Assembly (NCBI RefSeq): GCF_009914755.1 | Contig: NC_060941.1 | Length of the DNA: 64,000 nt | Origin: the human T2T-CHM13v2.0 reference genome, Homo sapiens | Strand: one strand, 5' to 3' | Shown here: positions 1 to 17,349 of the stretch, in pieces | Layout: each line of letters starts with the position of its first letter | Numbering within the stretch: position 1 is the first letter of the stretch | Made by a program: the position numbers and the translations under genes | The notes under the pieces: generated by a model | Told to the model about the DNA's origin: nothing | Seen by the model: the letters and a program-made list of their open reading frames with translations, nothing else | Database searches by the model: none

Positions 1-224
1 ATGGAGAAACCTCGTCTCTACTAAAAACACAAAATTATCCGGGCATGGTGGCACATGCTTGTAATCCCAGCTACTCAGAAAGGCTGAGGCAGGAGAATCA
101 CTTGAACCCAGGAGGCAGAGGTTGTGGTGAGCCGAGATGGAGCCATTGCATTCCAGCCTGAGCAACAAGAGTGAAAAAAAAAAGAAAAAAGCTCAATTAT
201 GTGTCTCAAAAAAAAAAAAAAAGA

Positions 225-1060
225 AAGAAAAGAGCTAAATTATGTGGTGCTTTGGAAGCTGGGACCACATGGACTCTTAAGAGGGATGGCACCTTCTAAG
301 AGGTTCCAAGGGCGGAAACAAGGGGCAGTTCCACTGGGTTTCAGACACAGAGATCCCAGCCTGGATTGTCGTGGAGGATGAAGCTGCTCCATCTTGGATG
401 CTGATCCGCCATGTTGTCCTCTGGTTAACCCCTGTTCTGGAATGCCTCCTCTAAGATTGCCACTTTATCTACTGTGACCTTAAATCCTGCTCTTAGGTAG
501 ATTCACATAGCATTCTGCGCCTTTCCCTGAGGGGTTGACTTCAGTGGTGCCACACATTTCTACTGAGGCATGTGTACCTTTTGCATCAGGTATATCAGCC
601 CTGGGACTCGGGGATAACTGACTGACGGCTGCCTGGCTTCTGTTTCTAAGTTGCTATTAAATGTTTCTTTCTGAGAAACTGGATACATCAATCAGTCTCC
701 CTCTTTTTTTTTTTTTTTTCTTTTTTGAGATGGAGTCTTGCTCTGTCACCCAGGTTGGAGTGTAGTGGTGGCACTCTCTCAGCTCACTGCCACCTCTGCC
801 TCCTGGGTTCAAGTGATTCTTCTGCCTCCCGAGTAGCTGGGACTACAGGAGCACACCACCACACCTGGCTACTTTTGTATTTTTAGTAGAGATGGAGTTT
901 CACCATGTTGGCCAGGCTGGTCTTGAACTCCTGACTTCAGGTGATCTGCCAGCCTTGGCCTCCCAAAGTGCTGGGATTACAGGCGTGAGCCACCGTCTCT
1001 TTCTTCAGCCTCTCAGCTCCCTTGGCCTTTGGGTAGGTTTGCATAGACTGCTTGTGGATG
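225..1060 (+). mobile_element. ERV1-class LTR (MER34/MER39-like), split by an Alu at 703-995
   Basis: LTR-like 3' end ctattaaatgtttctttctgagaaactgga ... gcctttgggtaggtttgcatagac; family from memory. Confidence 0.5.
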
Positions 1061-1582
1061 TGGAAAGTCCTCCTTCCCTTGGTGCCTGTTGTGCCTCTGT
1101 CTCCGCAGGAGGCCCATAGGATTCTGAAGAGCTGTGATGGGAGCCCTGCCTCGGCTCTCCATCAGACTCAGGACAGGCCACCAGGGCTGCTATCCATCAC
1201 CACACACCACCTCTCCCGTTTGACAGTGTCCAAATTGCCTCCTCTTCCCCACTTCTGGAATATGTGTTGAGAGACAGCAGTGAGATGCAGGAGGGCGTGT
1301 GTCTGTGGAGAAGTCAAAACTAAAGGTTGCCAGAATCTAGTTGGAAAAATACGTCCCTTGTTCCTGGTTGGGAGAGCAGTGGGGCCATGTGCTGTTAGCT
1401 GGCTCCAGGCACAGGGTCCTTATGGAGAAATGTACAGAGCACTGGCATATGGATGGTGGTCCCCGCTGCACTGGCACTGATGATCTTATGCTGAAAAGGG
1501 ATGCATGACAGAATCAGAGGAATTGGACTCCATTGTAGGGAACTAGGGGACAGAGGATAAAGTGCCCAATCTCGTGACTTAG

Positions 1583-1817
<235 letters not shown>

Positions 1818-2149
1818 TAGCTGGGATTACAGGTGTGCGCCACCACACCTGGCTCATTTTTGTATTTTTAGTAGAGACGGGGTTTCACCATATTCGTCTT
1901 GAACTCCCGACCTGGTGATCTGCCTGCCTCAGCCTCCCAAAGTGCTGGGATTACAGGCGTGAGCCACCCGGCTGGTGTCTCCATTCTTCGTGACCAGGCT
2001 TCCATCTTGGAACCTGCTCTACATTTTTCCCCTCCACCTTGTGCATTGTCCCATATTATTGTTTTCCTTCTGCATTGCTCGTCCTGGCTTCATCTCTCCC
2101 TCTCCTAACTGTAACAGCTTAGCACAGACTCTCATCCCTCCACACACAC

Positions 2150-3894
<1,745 letters not shown>

Positions 3895-3897
3895 TGA

Positions 3898-4392
<495 letters not shown>

Positions 4393-4440
4393 TGACCAAC
4401 ATGGAGAAACCCCATCTCTACTAAAACTAAAAAAAAATTA

Positions 4441-4653
<213 letters not shown>

Positions 4654-5234
4654 TCATAGTTCACTGCAACCTCAAACTCCTGGACTCAAGCAATCCTCCT
4701 GCTTCAGCTTCCCTGGGACTACAGGTGTGCATACCACCATGCCCAGCTAATTATTTAAATTTTTGGTTGAGATGGGGTCTGGCTACATTGCCCAGGCTGG
4801 TCTCGAATTCCTGGGCTCAAGTGATTGTCCCACCTTAACCTCCCAAAGTGTTGGGATTACAGGCTGAGCCACTGCGCCTGGCCCAGTCAAGTTCTTTATT
4901 GTACAACATCTTTTAAAAGGGCCTAACTGGTAAATAACCTATCTCTTAACTGCCATCCAATAAATACAGGCCAGGCCCTGTACAAGTCAGTGGAAAGTTG
5001 ATGGTGAAAAGACAGACATGGACCCCTCTCTCCTGGTGCTTAGTGTGTTACACAGTGAGGCACCTGCAGTGGTGACAGGAGCATAGCAGCACAGCAGGAG
5101 CCAGCAGTTAATCCACAAATGTTTTCTGGAGATCTGAGGATGAGCTAGCTAGGGAAGAAGGGGGAAAGAAAGTTCTAGGCAGAGGGCATCACATGTGCAA
5201 ATGCCCAGAGGCATGAAAGAGGTTGACTCAGTCA

Positions 5235-5732
<498 letters not shown>

Positions 5733-5959
5733 CTACTGTGGCTACCACTGATTGCCAGACAATCCTAAGCATCTCCCCAAGGCAGGTTTCTCAGCCGGGG
5801 ACTAAGCTGGGTCACAAACTAGATCTCATTACAGGATATGAACTGTAGCACGCCCTAGCTCTTCCTGTTCAGGCTGAAGGCCCAGAAAGAAGGGCCATGT
5901 TTTACCCATTTTTAGACCCTCTCCTAAAGCCTAGTACAGGGCTAAATACACAAAATACT

Positions 5960-7325
<1,366 letters not shown>

Positions 7326-8481
7326 TTAATAGAAATATTCATTGTCCTAACTCAAAGGAATGCTTGACTTTGGGTGTGGTGTTGTCTCTCTGATCTGAGT
7401 CCATCTCTTGGTGCCCTAAAGGGGAGAGTCTCTGGGACTCTTGTCCCCATAGCAAACAACTGCATCAACTGCATGCAGGGCATTGGATAAGGGAATGTCC
7501 CAGGTGTAGAGAATCAATCAGTTGCAGGCCTACTTGCAACCAGTGGGCTGACAGCGAGCCATACCCTCACATTCGCCTGAGAAAAGTGGCTGCTGGCCTT
7601 CTCTCTACTGAGATTTGTCCCCTGATACTTATCATCCTAGCCACAGCCAGCTGGACCAGAGATCTCCCTTGTGTTTGGGTGGTGGCCTGAGGAGTGGCCA
7701 GGCAGGAGAGCCGGCCAAATAGGTACTTTCAGATTGAATAACAACTAATCGACCCAGTTGGATCCTGTCCCTTGGGAAGTTGGAATTTGAACACTTGAGG
7801 GAGTCGACAGGTGGCAGGGCCAGCAGAATTGACAGGCACACAAAAAAAAAGGTGAAGGGAGAAGGGGAAGTGGAGCCAAGCGTGGGGATTTGCCAAGTGA
7901 GGGTGGCCTTCCACCCCATTCATTCAGAGGAGGTCTGGCTGAGCAGCCCCCAAGAGCCCACAGAATTGTGGAGGGCCAGGGGTCCCCAGCTGCGTAGGGC
8001 TCATGGGAGAACATGAGACAGGCCAGACACCCAAAATGAGGAAGTTGGGGGGGCTTTTTTCTCAGCCTTCCTGACCTGGCGTGACCTCCTCTGGGCCCAT
8101 GTAACAGGCCTCCACACCCCCTTATGCCTGGTGCAGGCACCCTGTTAACTTCTATGTCCCTGTAGGTCCCTTTCCAAGGACTCTACCTGCTTGACTGCTC
8201 CCAAAGCAGCCAGAGCCAGTATTGCCCCTGGTGGGGAATGGAGCTGGAGAGCAGGCTGGCAGCAAGGAGGAGAGAGGGACAGAGAGGTCTGTCACTCATT
8301 ATCCCAGAGAAGCATCATGGGGTGGACTCCTCTGACCTGGCTCCTTTTGTTTCCCATGGCTGGGGTCCTTCTTTCCCTCTAGAGCCTGTAACGCCCCCGC
8401 TCTGTCAAATTCCTCATACAGCAAACTTATTCTACTCTCTTTACCCAGAAATAGGTCAGACTCAACTACATCCATATCTGA

Positions 8482-8664
<183 letters not shown>

Positions 8665-8924
8665 TGAGACTCAGAGAGGAGTCTGATGGCTATAGTAAGA
8701 AATGAGGAGTCAAGCTCCTTAGTGTGCGCTACAAAAACCCTGCACACCTGACTGTGTTTGCAGCTCCCTGCCACCCATTCCCATCCTACCCTCCCTTGCC
8801 AAACAGATACACTTGCTTTCTCCAAAATATGCCCTCTCATCTCCAAGTTTTTGCTCCTGATGTTCCCCCAGCTAGAATACCCCTAGGATGTCCTACTGAA
8901 TTCTGAGTCAAACTTTAAGACTCA

Positions 8925-9187
<263 letters not shown>

Positions 9188-9698
9188 CTACAGTCTAGTC
9201 TTGGCAACAGTGAGACCGCCTCTCAAAAAAAAAAACAAAAAAAGACTCAAAGTGTGCTCCACTGTTCCTTCAGTGAGGCATCGGGGGCTGTGTCCTAAAT
9301 GTCTTTGTATCTCCAGCCCTTCACATTAGGGCCTGGCAAGGTAAGAGACCAATAAATATGTACCCTTTGGCTTCATTTCACTAAGTCATTAGGGTCCAGA
9401 GGTATGGTCAGCACTTGGAACCCTGTGGAATGGCCTCAAGATCAGAGTCCTCTTGCCCAATTCTTGGCTGGGAAGTAGGTGACATCTAGAATCCATGAGG
9501 GTATGGGTGATCTCCTGGGTTCCAGACATTTGCATTGAGTTTATTCAATCACTTAACAATATATATTAGGTCTGGGCTGGGCACGCTGGCTCACGCCTGT
9601 AATAATCCCAGCACTTTGGGAGGCCAAGGCAGGCGGATCATCTGAGGTCGGAAGTTCGAGACTCACCTGACCAACATGGAGAAACTCCATCTCTACTA

Positions 9699-9908
<210 letters not shown>

Positions 9909-10394
9909 CTAAACACCGTGCCGGGTGCTGAGGATCAAAGATGAATAGAGAAATGAACTGAAATGATATAGTGAAGTTAAAACTTAAAGAACACAACAAA
10001 TCTGTAAAAGACAAACAAAAGAGGGTTTAATCTGTGCTTCTGTCCAGGTGTGTGGAGCTGGGGGTGGGGTTGCACCTGCCCGGGAGCATTCCCAAGGCAA
10101 ATATTTGAGAGGAATTAGATTTCTAATACCCAGGTTGGCTCTCACTTTCAGGAAGATGTGAGACCTGAATCCTAACCTGGACGCATTGTTCCCCTAATTC
10201 CCAGCAGCAGATCTATGAATTAGCGGTCTGGGTGGCAGCCCATTCTTCTTTCAGAGGCCCAGAACACCGTGAAACTATGCTTTCCTGACTCAAGAGACCC
10301 TACCTAGACGTGGGCCCCTTTGACGAGCACCTGCCCCTCAGGAGGGTCTCAGGCGACCTTCTTGGAAGGTGTGACCACTTGAAAAGGACGAGGA

Positions 10395-10705
10395 GGCCAG
10401 GCGCTGTGGCTCTCGCCTGTAATTCCAGCACTTAGGGAGCCGAGGCGGGAGGATCGCTTGAGTCCAGGAGTTTGAGGCCAGCCTGGGCAAGATTGGGAGA
10501 CACTCCCCACCCCGCCCCATTTCTACAAGTAATTAAAAATTTAGCCGGGCGTGGTGGCGGGAGCAGGAGCCACTCAAGAGGCTGAGGCAGGAGTATCACT
10601 TGAGTCCTGGAGGTGGAGACTGCAGTGAGCGGTGATCGCGCCACTGCATTACAGCCTGGGCGACACAGCGAGACCTGTCAATCAATCAATCAATCAATCA
10701 ATCAA
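10395..10705 (+). mobile_element. Old Alu (AluJ-like) with an (ATCA)n tail, upstream of RANGRF
   Basis: ggccaggcgctgtggctc...gagacctgtc followed by aatc repeats. Confidence 0.8.
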
Positions 10706-11030
10706 GAGGAGGCTGGCGGGAGCATGCTCGTGACCACCGGGGGCGACATAGACCCTAACCCTAAGTCCAACCCCAAGGCAGACCCCACCGTCCCGCCAGG
10801 CGCACTCCTAAGAGCGCGGCTTCCGGAGCAAAGCCGCTGACCCCCGCCCCCAGGGTCTTGGCGCCGATTGGCCAACGAGAGCGCAGGGCGGAGCCAAATC
10901 TTAAAGGATCCGGGAGCTAAGCCAGACCCGGGTGGCGGTGGCAGCTGCGAAACCCAGGGAGCCGATGCCACGTGACCCAATGTGGACTTCTTTTAAACCT
11001 TTCTAATGCCCATAACCCAGCCTCAGACCC

Positions 11031-11107
11031 ATGGAGCCCACGAGAGACTGCCCGCTGTTCGGGGGCGCCTTTTCCGCCATCCTCCCCATGGGGGCCATTG
11101 ACGTAAG
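11031..11107 (+). CDS. RANGRF: RANGRF (MOG1, Ran guanine nucleotide release factor) coding exon 1
   Basis: ATG at 11031 gives [25 protein letters not shown]; donor AAG|GTGAG at 11108; 77 nt; recognised MOG1 N-terminus. Confidence 0.96.
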
Positions 11108-11197
11108 GTGAGAAGGCCGGGGCGCCCAGGGGCGGCTGACTGGGTGGGTTGTGGGAAGAGACCGGGGTCAACCAGGGTCTGCCTCGCCTCACTCCAG

Positions 11198-11314
11198 CGA
11201 CCTCCGACCGGTCCCGGACAATCAAGAAGTTTTCTGCCATCCCGTGACGGACCAGAGCCTGATAGTGGAACTTCTCGAGCTGCAGGCCCACGTACGGGGC
11301 GAAGCGGCTGCGCG
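11198..11314 (+). CDS. RANGRF: RANGRF coding exon 2
   Basis: Acceptor actccag|C; translates (S)[38 protein letters not shown](R), including the conserved Mog1 motif PVPDNQEVF; donor GCG|GTGAG; phase consistent. Confidence 0.96.
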
Positions 11315-11499
11315 GTGAGGGAATGGCCCCCGGCTGGCCAATGGCAGGGGCGGGGTCGGACCAGTGGGCGGGGCCCGCGGCCGACGGTTAATCCGGGCGG
11401 TGAGACCACGCACGGGCCGGGAGCCAGGCCTGCAACTTAAAGATGCTCCCGGGGAGGCGACCAGAGATGTCCCTTCCTGACCCCGCTTCCCTACTCCAG

Positions 11500-11656
11500 G
11501 TACCACTTTGAGGATGTTGGTGGCGTGCAGGGGGCTAGGGCTGTCCATGTGGAGTCTGTTCAGCCTCTCAGTTTGGAGAACCTGGCCCTGAGGGGCCGCT
11601 GTCAAGAAGCCTGGGTCCTCTCTGGCAAGCAGCAGATAGCTAAGGAAAACCAGCAG
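11500..11656 (+). CDS. RANGRF: RANGRF coding exon 3
   Basis: Acceptor ctactccag|G; [23 protein letters not shown]...[10 protein letters not shown]; donor CAG|GTGAG. Confidence 0.96.
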
Positions 11657-11744
11657 GTGAGGGCCCGAGAGTGTGTAATGTCCTGGAAGGGCGGTAGCGG
11701 GGACGCAGAGATCCAGGTAAGCATCCTGACTCTGATCCCCTTAG

Positions 11745-11830
11745 GTAGCAAAGGACGTGACACTTCATCAGGCCTTGCTGAGGCTGCCCCAGTACCAGAC
11801 TGATCTCTTGCTTACCTTCAATCAGCCCCC
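11745..11830 (+). CDS. RANGRF: RANGRF coding exon 4
   Basis: Acceptor ccccttag|GTA; [28 protein letters not shown]; donor CCC|GTAAG. Confidence 0.95.
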
Positions 11831-11857
11831 GTAAGGAGGAAGGAACGGGCGGGTATC

Positions 11858-11885
11858 TCATGACTGGGTTCCCAGGAGAATCGGG
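11858..11885 (-). CDS. SLC25A35: Putative alternative SLC25A35 terminal coding segment (exon 11816-11885)
   Basis: Acceptor ctgttctgtccctcccag|C; (S)PILLGTQS*; downstream donor GAAG|GTAAG at 11815; gives a 295-aa isoform. Confidence 0.55.
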
Positions 11886-12054
11886 CTGGGAGGGACAGAA
11901 CAGGGAGACTCACTGGTGGGATCCTCCAAGGAAGCAGGAGTGGGCCAGAGGTTTGGGGTAACTGATACCCAGGTCCTCTGGGGAACAGGAATTGGCAATT
12001 TCCAAACCTCAGGCCTGGATGATGTTCTGTCTCCATCTGTTCCCCCACCCCAAG

Positions 12055-12178
12055 CCCTGACAACAGGTCATCTCTTGGCCCCGAAAATCTGTCACCTGCA
12101 CCCTGGAGCCTGGGTGACTTTGAACAGCTGGTGACCAGTCTGACCCTTCACGATCCTAACATCTTTGGTCCCCAGTAA
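12055..12178 (+). CDS. RANGRF: RANGRF coding exon 5 (stop TAA)
   Basis: Acceptor ccccaag|C; [40 protein letters not shown]; the five exons total 561 nt = 186 aa + stop. Confidence 0.95.
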
Positions 12179-12226
12179 AGGCGCTGAAGCACTGCATGAT
12201 GTTGCTGAGAACTTGGGGACTCGGTT
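12096..12226 (-). CDS. SLC25A35: Putative alternative SLC25A35 exon, antisense to RANGRF exon 5
   Basis: Strong acceptor tcttttccccctcacag|AAC and donor TGCAG|GTGAC; open in phase 0 after exon 4 ([43 protein letters not shown]). Confidence 0.6.
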
Positions 12227-12307
12227 CTGTGAGGGGGAAAAGAGGTTGAAAAGAGGGTTTCCTCTTATTTCTTCCCTGTGCGTAAACATAAGACAATCCC
12301 TCTTCAG

Positions 12308-12313
12308 AATAAA
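12308..12313 (+). terminator. RANGRF: RANGRF polyadenylation signal AATAAA
   Basis: Canonical hexamer about 130 nt after the stop codon. Confidence 0.8.
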
Positions 12314-12746
12314 CTTGCTTTATAATCAATATAATCTCTGTGCCTTTGAATCTAACAGGACACCTGGGTCCCAGACGCCTGGGAATTGGGTCTCTCAATT
12401 CCCTTTGGTTTTGGAGGGAGGAGTTTAAAACTGTGCATGGGAGCAGGAGGGACTCAAGGGTGGCAGTGGTGAGTGGGAGGAAATACACTTTGGGATGACT
12501 CGTTCAGCCCTGAGAGAGGGGTGTGAGTTACCCAGGGAATGGGTAGGGAAGGTTTAAAGCAACACCCAAGGAAAGAAGGGAAACTCATCTCTTGTAGTGA
12601 TTCAACCCTGAGAACAGATGGGGAGTGGGGTTGGCTGTCCCCCATGGATGGATGAAAGGTCACCTAATCAGTAGTCACCAGGACATAGTGGTGGAGGCAC
12701 AAGTGGCCAAGGAGTGCTCATTTGGTGGAGACTGGGAAAGCGGCTG

Positions 12747-12920
12747 TTATTTAGTGTCTGTGTAGTAGAGGGAGCGCAGCTGGTCCCAGAAGAAGAGGGA
12801 GAGGATGGTGTGGGGGCCGAGGCGGAAGTAGGAGGCACCTATACCCTTGTACATGCCAAAAATGCCCTCGGTCCGAGCTGTCTGCAGCAGAGCGTCCAGT
12901 ATCCCCCGGTACATGAGGCC
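12747..12920 (-). CDS. SLC25A35: SLC25A35 coding exon 5 (stop)
   Basis: ctctcag|GGC; [57 protein letters not shown]; contains the EGxxGxYKG carrier motif; total 300 aa. Confidence 0.95.
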   Translation of the reverse strand, partial: GLMYRGILDALLQTARTEGIFGMYKGIGASYFRLGPHTILSLFFWDQLRSLYYTDTK

Positions 12921-13083
12921 CTGAGAGTGTGTCAGAGAGGGAGGGAGAGCACAGAGAAGGAGTTTGTCAGAGCCCACCAGGGGCAGCACCTCTACAGGCT
13001 GCATTTCAGGCTATCCCACCTGCACCCGCAATCTGCCTTCCCCATCCCCTGCTTCCCGCCTGCATCCCAGAGCACTTCCTTAC

Positions 13084-13218
13084 CTTGCCCTGTGCATCTG
13101 TGGGCTGGTTGTAGAGCCTTGTGCAGGCCACATCAAAGGGTGCCATGGCCAAGACAACTGCAATGCCACTCATCATGGCAGCCACCAGCGCCAACTTCCA
13201 GCTCTGGGGAGGAAAGAT
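13084..13218 (-). CDS. SLC25A35: SLC25A35 coding exon 4
   Basis: ccccttag|ATC; [45 protein letters not shown]; donor AAG|GTAAG. Confidence 0.95.
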
Positions 13219-13574
13219 CTAAGGGGGTAGAGAGGAAGAGCACTGTCAACCAGCCAACTATTACACCCCAAGGACAGGACAGTCCCTGCCCTGGGGACAC
13301 AGATGCTGGTAACTGGGGGAGCTTCCACTGCACCAGTTATAACAGTGCAAAAACAGTGAGAAGGAGGAAGGCCAGGGTACCCTGAAGGCTCAGGTACCCC
13401 TTCTGGGAGGAAGTGACAAGAGAACTGTGGGAAGGGTCTAAAGAGTTGACCTCCAAGCCCTCCTGCCACTCCCTCACCTGTGAATGTTGGGCACCATCCC
13501 CTCCAGGGCCTAGTGCAGCTTGCCCTCCCCTTCCCCCCTTCCCGAAACAGACCCACCCATTTCCCAGGCAGTAC

Positions 13575-13727
13575 CTCCCACTGGCTCAGGAGGTCCTTGG
13601 TGGATGAGAAGGTGCACAGCTGGGTGGAGGAACCGACGATAACTCGGGGCAGGCCGCCCAGAGCCCCACGCCATAACCCCACCAGACCATGTTTCTGGCC
13701 AATCTCGGTTAGCGCCTGAAACATGCC
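13575..13727 (-). CDS. SLC25A35: SLC25A35 coding exon 3
   Basis: cactag|GGC ATG; GMFQALTEIGQKHGLVGLWRGALGGLPRVIVGSSTQLCTFSSTKDLLSQWE; donor GAG|GTAC. Confidence 0.95.
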
Positions 13728-14009
13728 CTAGTGTGGGGAAGACCGGGGGTGGGGTTCAGACAGCCCAGCATCAGGGGCTGCCATCCTAACACTGCCAAGG
13801 ATGGGTCCTTAATAGGAATCTCTTGTCCAGACAACCAGTTCAATGTGGGCTTAGAGCCAGAATGTGGGCCCTTGGTTGTCTAGCCACCCCATTGTTCCTT
13901 CCCTGGGCACCCAAGAACTGGGGCGGGATGTATGCAAGTGAGGCCATTCACTGGTCAGGAGAAACAGGGGCAGAAAATTAGAGGAACTGGAGTACATATT
14001 GGAAAGAGG

Positions 14010-14896
<887 letters not shown>

Positions 14897-15763
14897 TCAC
14901 CCCCTCACACTTCCTCTAGGGTGTTCAGCAATGAATAGCCTCTTACTCTGATTATTGTTCTTCCTACTTAACAAACTGGTTAACAAAAAGACTCTGTCTC
15001 TAGGCTCCAGCCCCAGGGGGGTGGATCTCCCAGCACTGCAAGACACCCCAACCCCTTCATATCCTCTTTCCCTTGGGGCTAGCAGTCGGGGGTGGAGTGG
15101 TTGGAGAATGGCAATATTTCCTAAGGCTGTTCATGTTAGGCAAGACCTGGTGTCCCGCCTCTCATGCTAGCTCCCATTCCCAGACTGGATCTCCAGCCAC
15201 CACTTCTATCAGGCTCCCCATCAGACTCTGGGCAAAACTTGCTCTCTAGCCCCCAACCCCCACAGAGGTATCGAGCTGACTTTGGGGAGACCACTGTCCC
15301 TGAAACTCACACCTTGAAATGAGACCAGACTGCCTCTGCTACAGGACATACTACTTCCCCGTCTCTTTTGCTCTTGGGAGCACTAAGCAGGGCCTAGTCC
15401 TAGCAATAAACAGCTGTGTGACCTTGAGTGGGTCACTTCCCCTTTCTGGGCCTCAGGCTCTTGACCCTTCACCTATACCAGATAACTCAAAGGGGCAGAT
15501 GTTGAGATTGTTAATTCTGTGATGCCCAGGGCCTTCCTGATCCCTAGACTCTCTGACGTATGTTAAATTCCTTATCCTCCCCTTCACAAATCCAACCTCA
15601 ATATCAACACATAATAATAAAAACAAATGCTACCAAATGCTTACTGTCTGCCAGGATTCGCACTAATGCTTTCATGTCTACCGCATTTGTCTCCCTCGAT
15701 CCTCCCAATAATCACACAGAAAGGGCACTATAATTATCACCATTTTACAGATGTGGCAACTGA

Positions 15764-16453
<690 letters not shown>

Positions 16454-16671
16454 CCAAAGCCCATAATCTTAATCAATACATTCAATCGTGTCCATCAGAT
16501 GGGTGTGTATAGGGCAGATCAGAAGACTCCGAAGCCTACCAGCACTTTCCTGATGCCTTTCCCTGCTTGCAGTGGGGCAGCACCCTGCCACCTATGCCCT
16601 TGGGAAAGAACAGCTCCTATCCTACAACGAGGATCTGCCCTGAAGGTCCCAGGCAAGAGCCCTCTTCTTAC

Positions 16672-17046
16672 CATGTAGATGGGGCTCCCCAAGTAGGCTC
16701 CCATGACCCCAGCCATGGCCCCAGCTGCTGCGCTGCGGGCAGGACTGTGGGTGCCTTCGGCTGTGTGCAGGTAGCCCCCAGCCTCAGCCAGCCCATAGGT
16801 GCCCAGTCGGATGCCATTCATCAGGAACTGGTACAAGAGGGCGGGGGCCAGGCCTTTCTGCAGGGCAGCAAGGCCATCCACCTTGCCGATGGTGATGAAG
16901 GCATGGAAGACATTTCGGTAGTGCCGCTGGTATGTGCCAGGGGCCTGCAGTTCTCCTTGCAACTGCATCCTGGTCTTCACCACCTCCAGGGGATTGGTGA
17001 ATACACAGGCCCCGCAGGCTGCCAGGCCACTCATCAAGAAGTCCAT
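16672..17046 (-). CDS. SLC25A35: SLC25A35 mitochondrial carrier coding exon 1
   Basis: Strong Kozak cccaccATGG; [33 protein letters not shown]... contains carrier signature PxExxKxR; donor ATG|GTAAG; 125 codons. Confidence 0.96.
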
Positions 17047-17349
17047 GGTGGGATAGCTGTAGCAGGAACTGACCCAAGAGTAAGAAAGTAAAAATGGGTG
17101 TCAGAAAGCGGGGTTGGAAGACAGGGGGAAGGCCTGTTTCAGCAGTACAGGTTGCAGAAGATAAGAATTTAGATTTGCAGTCAAGGGTGTCAGGGTCAAA
17201 TGTCAAGTGGTCAAACGTCAGCTGGAATTTGGGAGTCAAGAGCTGGCAAGCAGGGAAGAGATAGAAATCTAGGAGATTCTGGTGAGAAGCTTAAGGCAGG
17301 ACCCTCTGAGGTCAAGGAGGGGCAAAAGACAGAAGGTTGCAGGTGGGAT

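Larger units (their letters stand above)
10720..11500 (+). promoter_or_regulatory. CpG island / RANGRF promoter
   Basis: CpG-dense; inverted CCAAT (ATTGG 10867-71), GC box GGGCGGAG (10886-93), E-box CACGTG in GCCACGTGAC near 10967-76; a second CCAAT plus GC boxes in intron 2 (11338-11374). Confidence 0.8.

Noticed and set aside
10750-10780. CCCTAACCCTAA telomere-like motif near the RANGRF promoter (also TTGGGG/TTAGGG near 60297)
   Set aside because: Only two or three units; compatible with chance
11301-11303. RANGRF codon 61, recalled site of a nonsense variant
   Set aside because: This sequence has GAA (Glu); the reading frame is intact
12714-13385. 223-aa ORF antisense to SLC25A35 exons 4-5
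   Set aside because: Non-ATG start, shadow of the coding strand, no recognisable domain
13373-13400. Small palindrome/hairpin cagggtaccctg...caggtaccc in SLC25A35 intron 3
   Set aside because: Short; a few such hits are expected in 64 kb and it is far from splice signals
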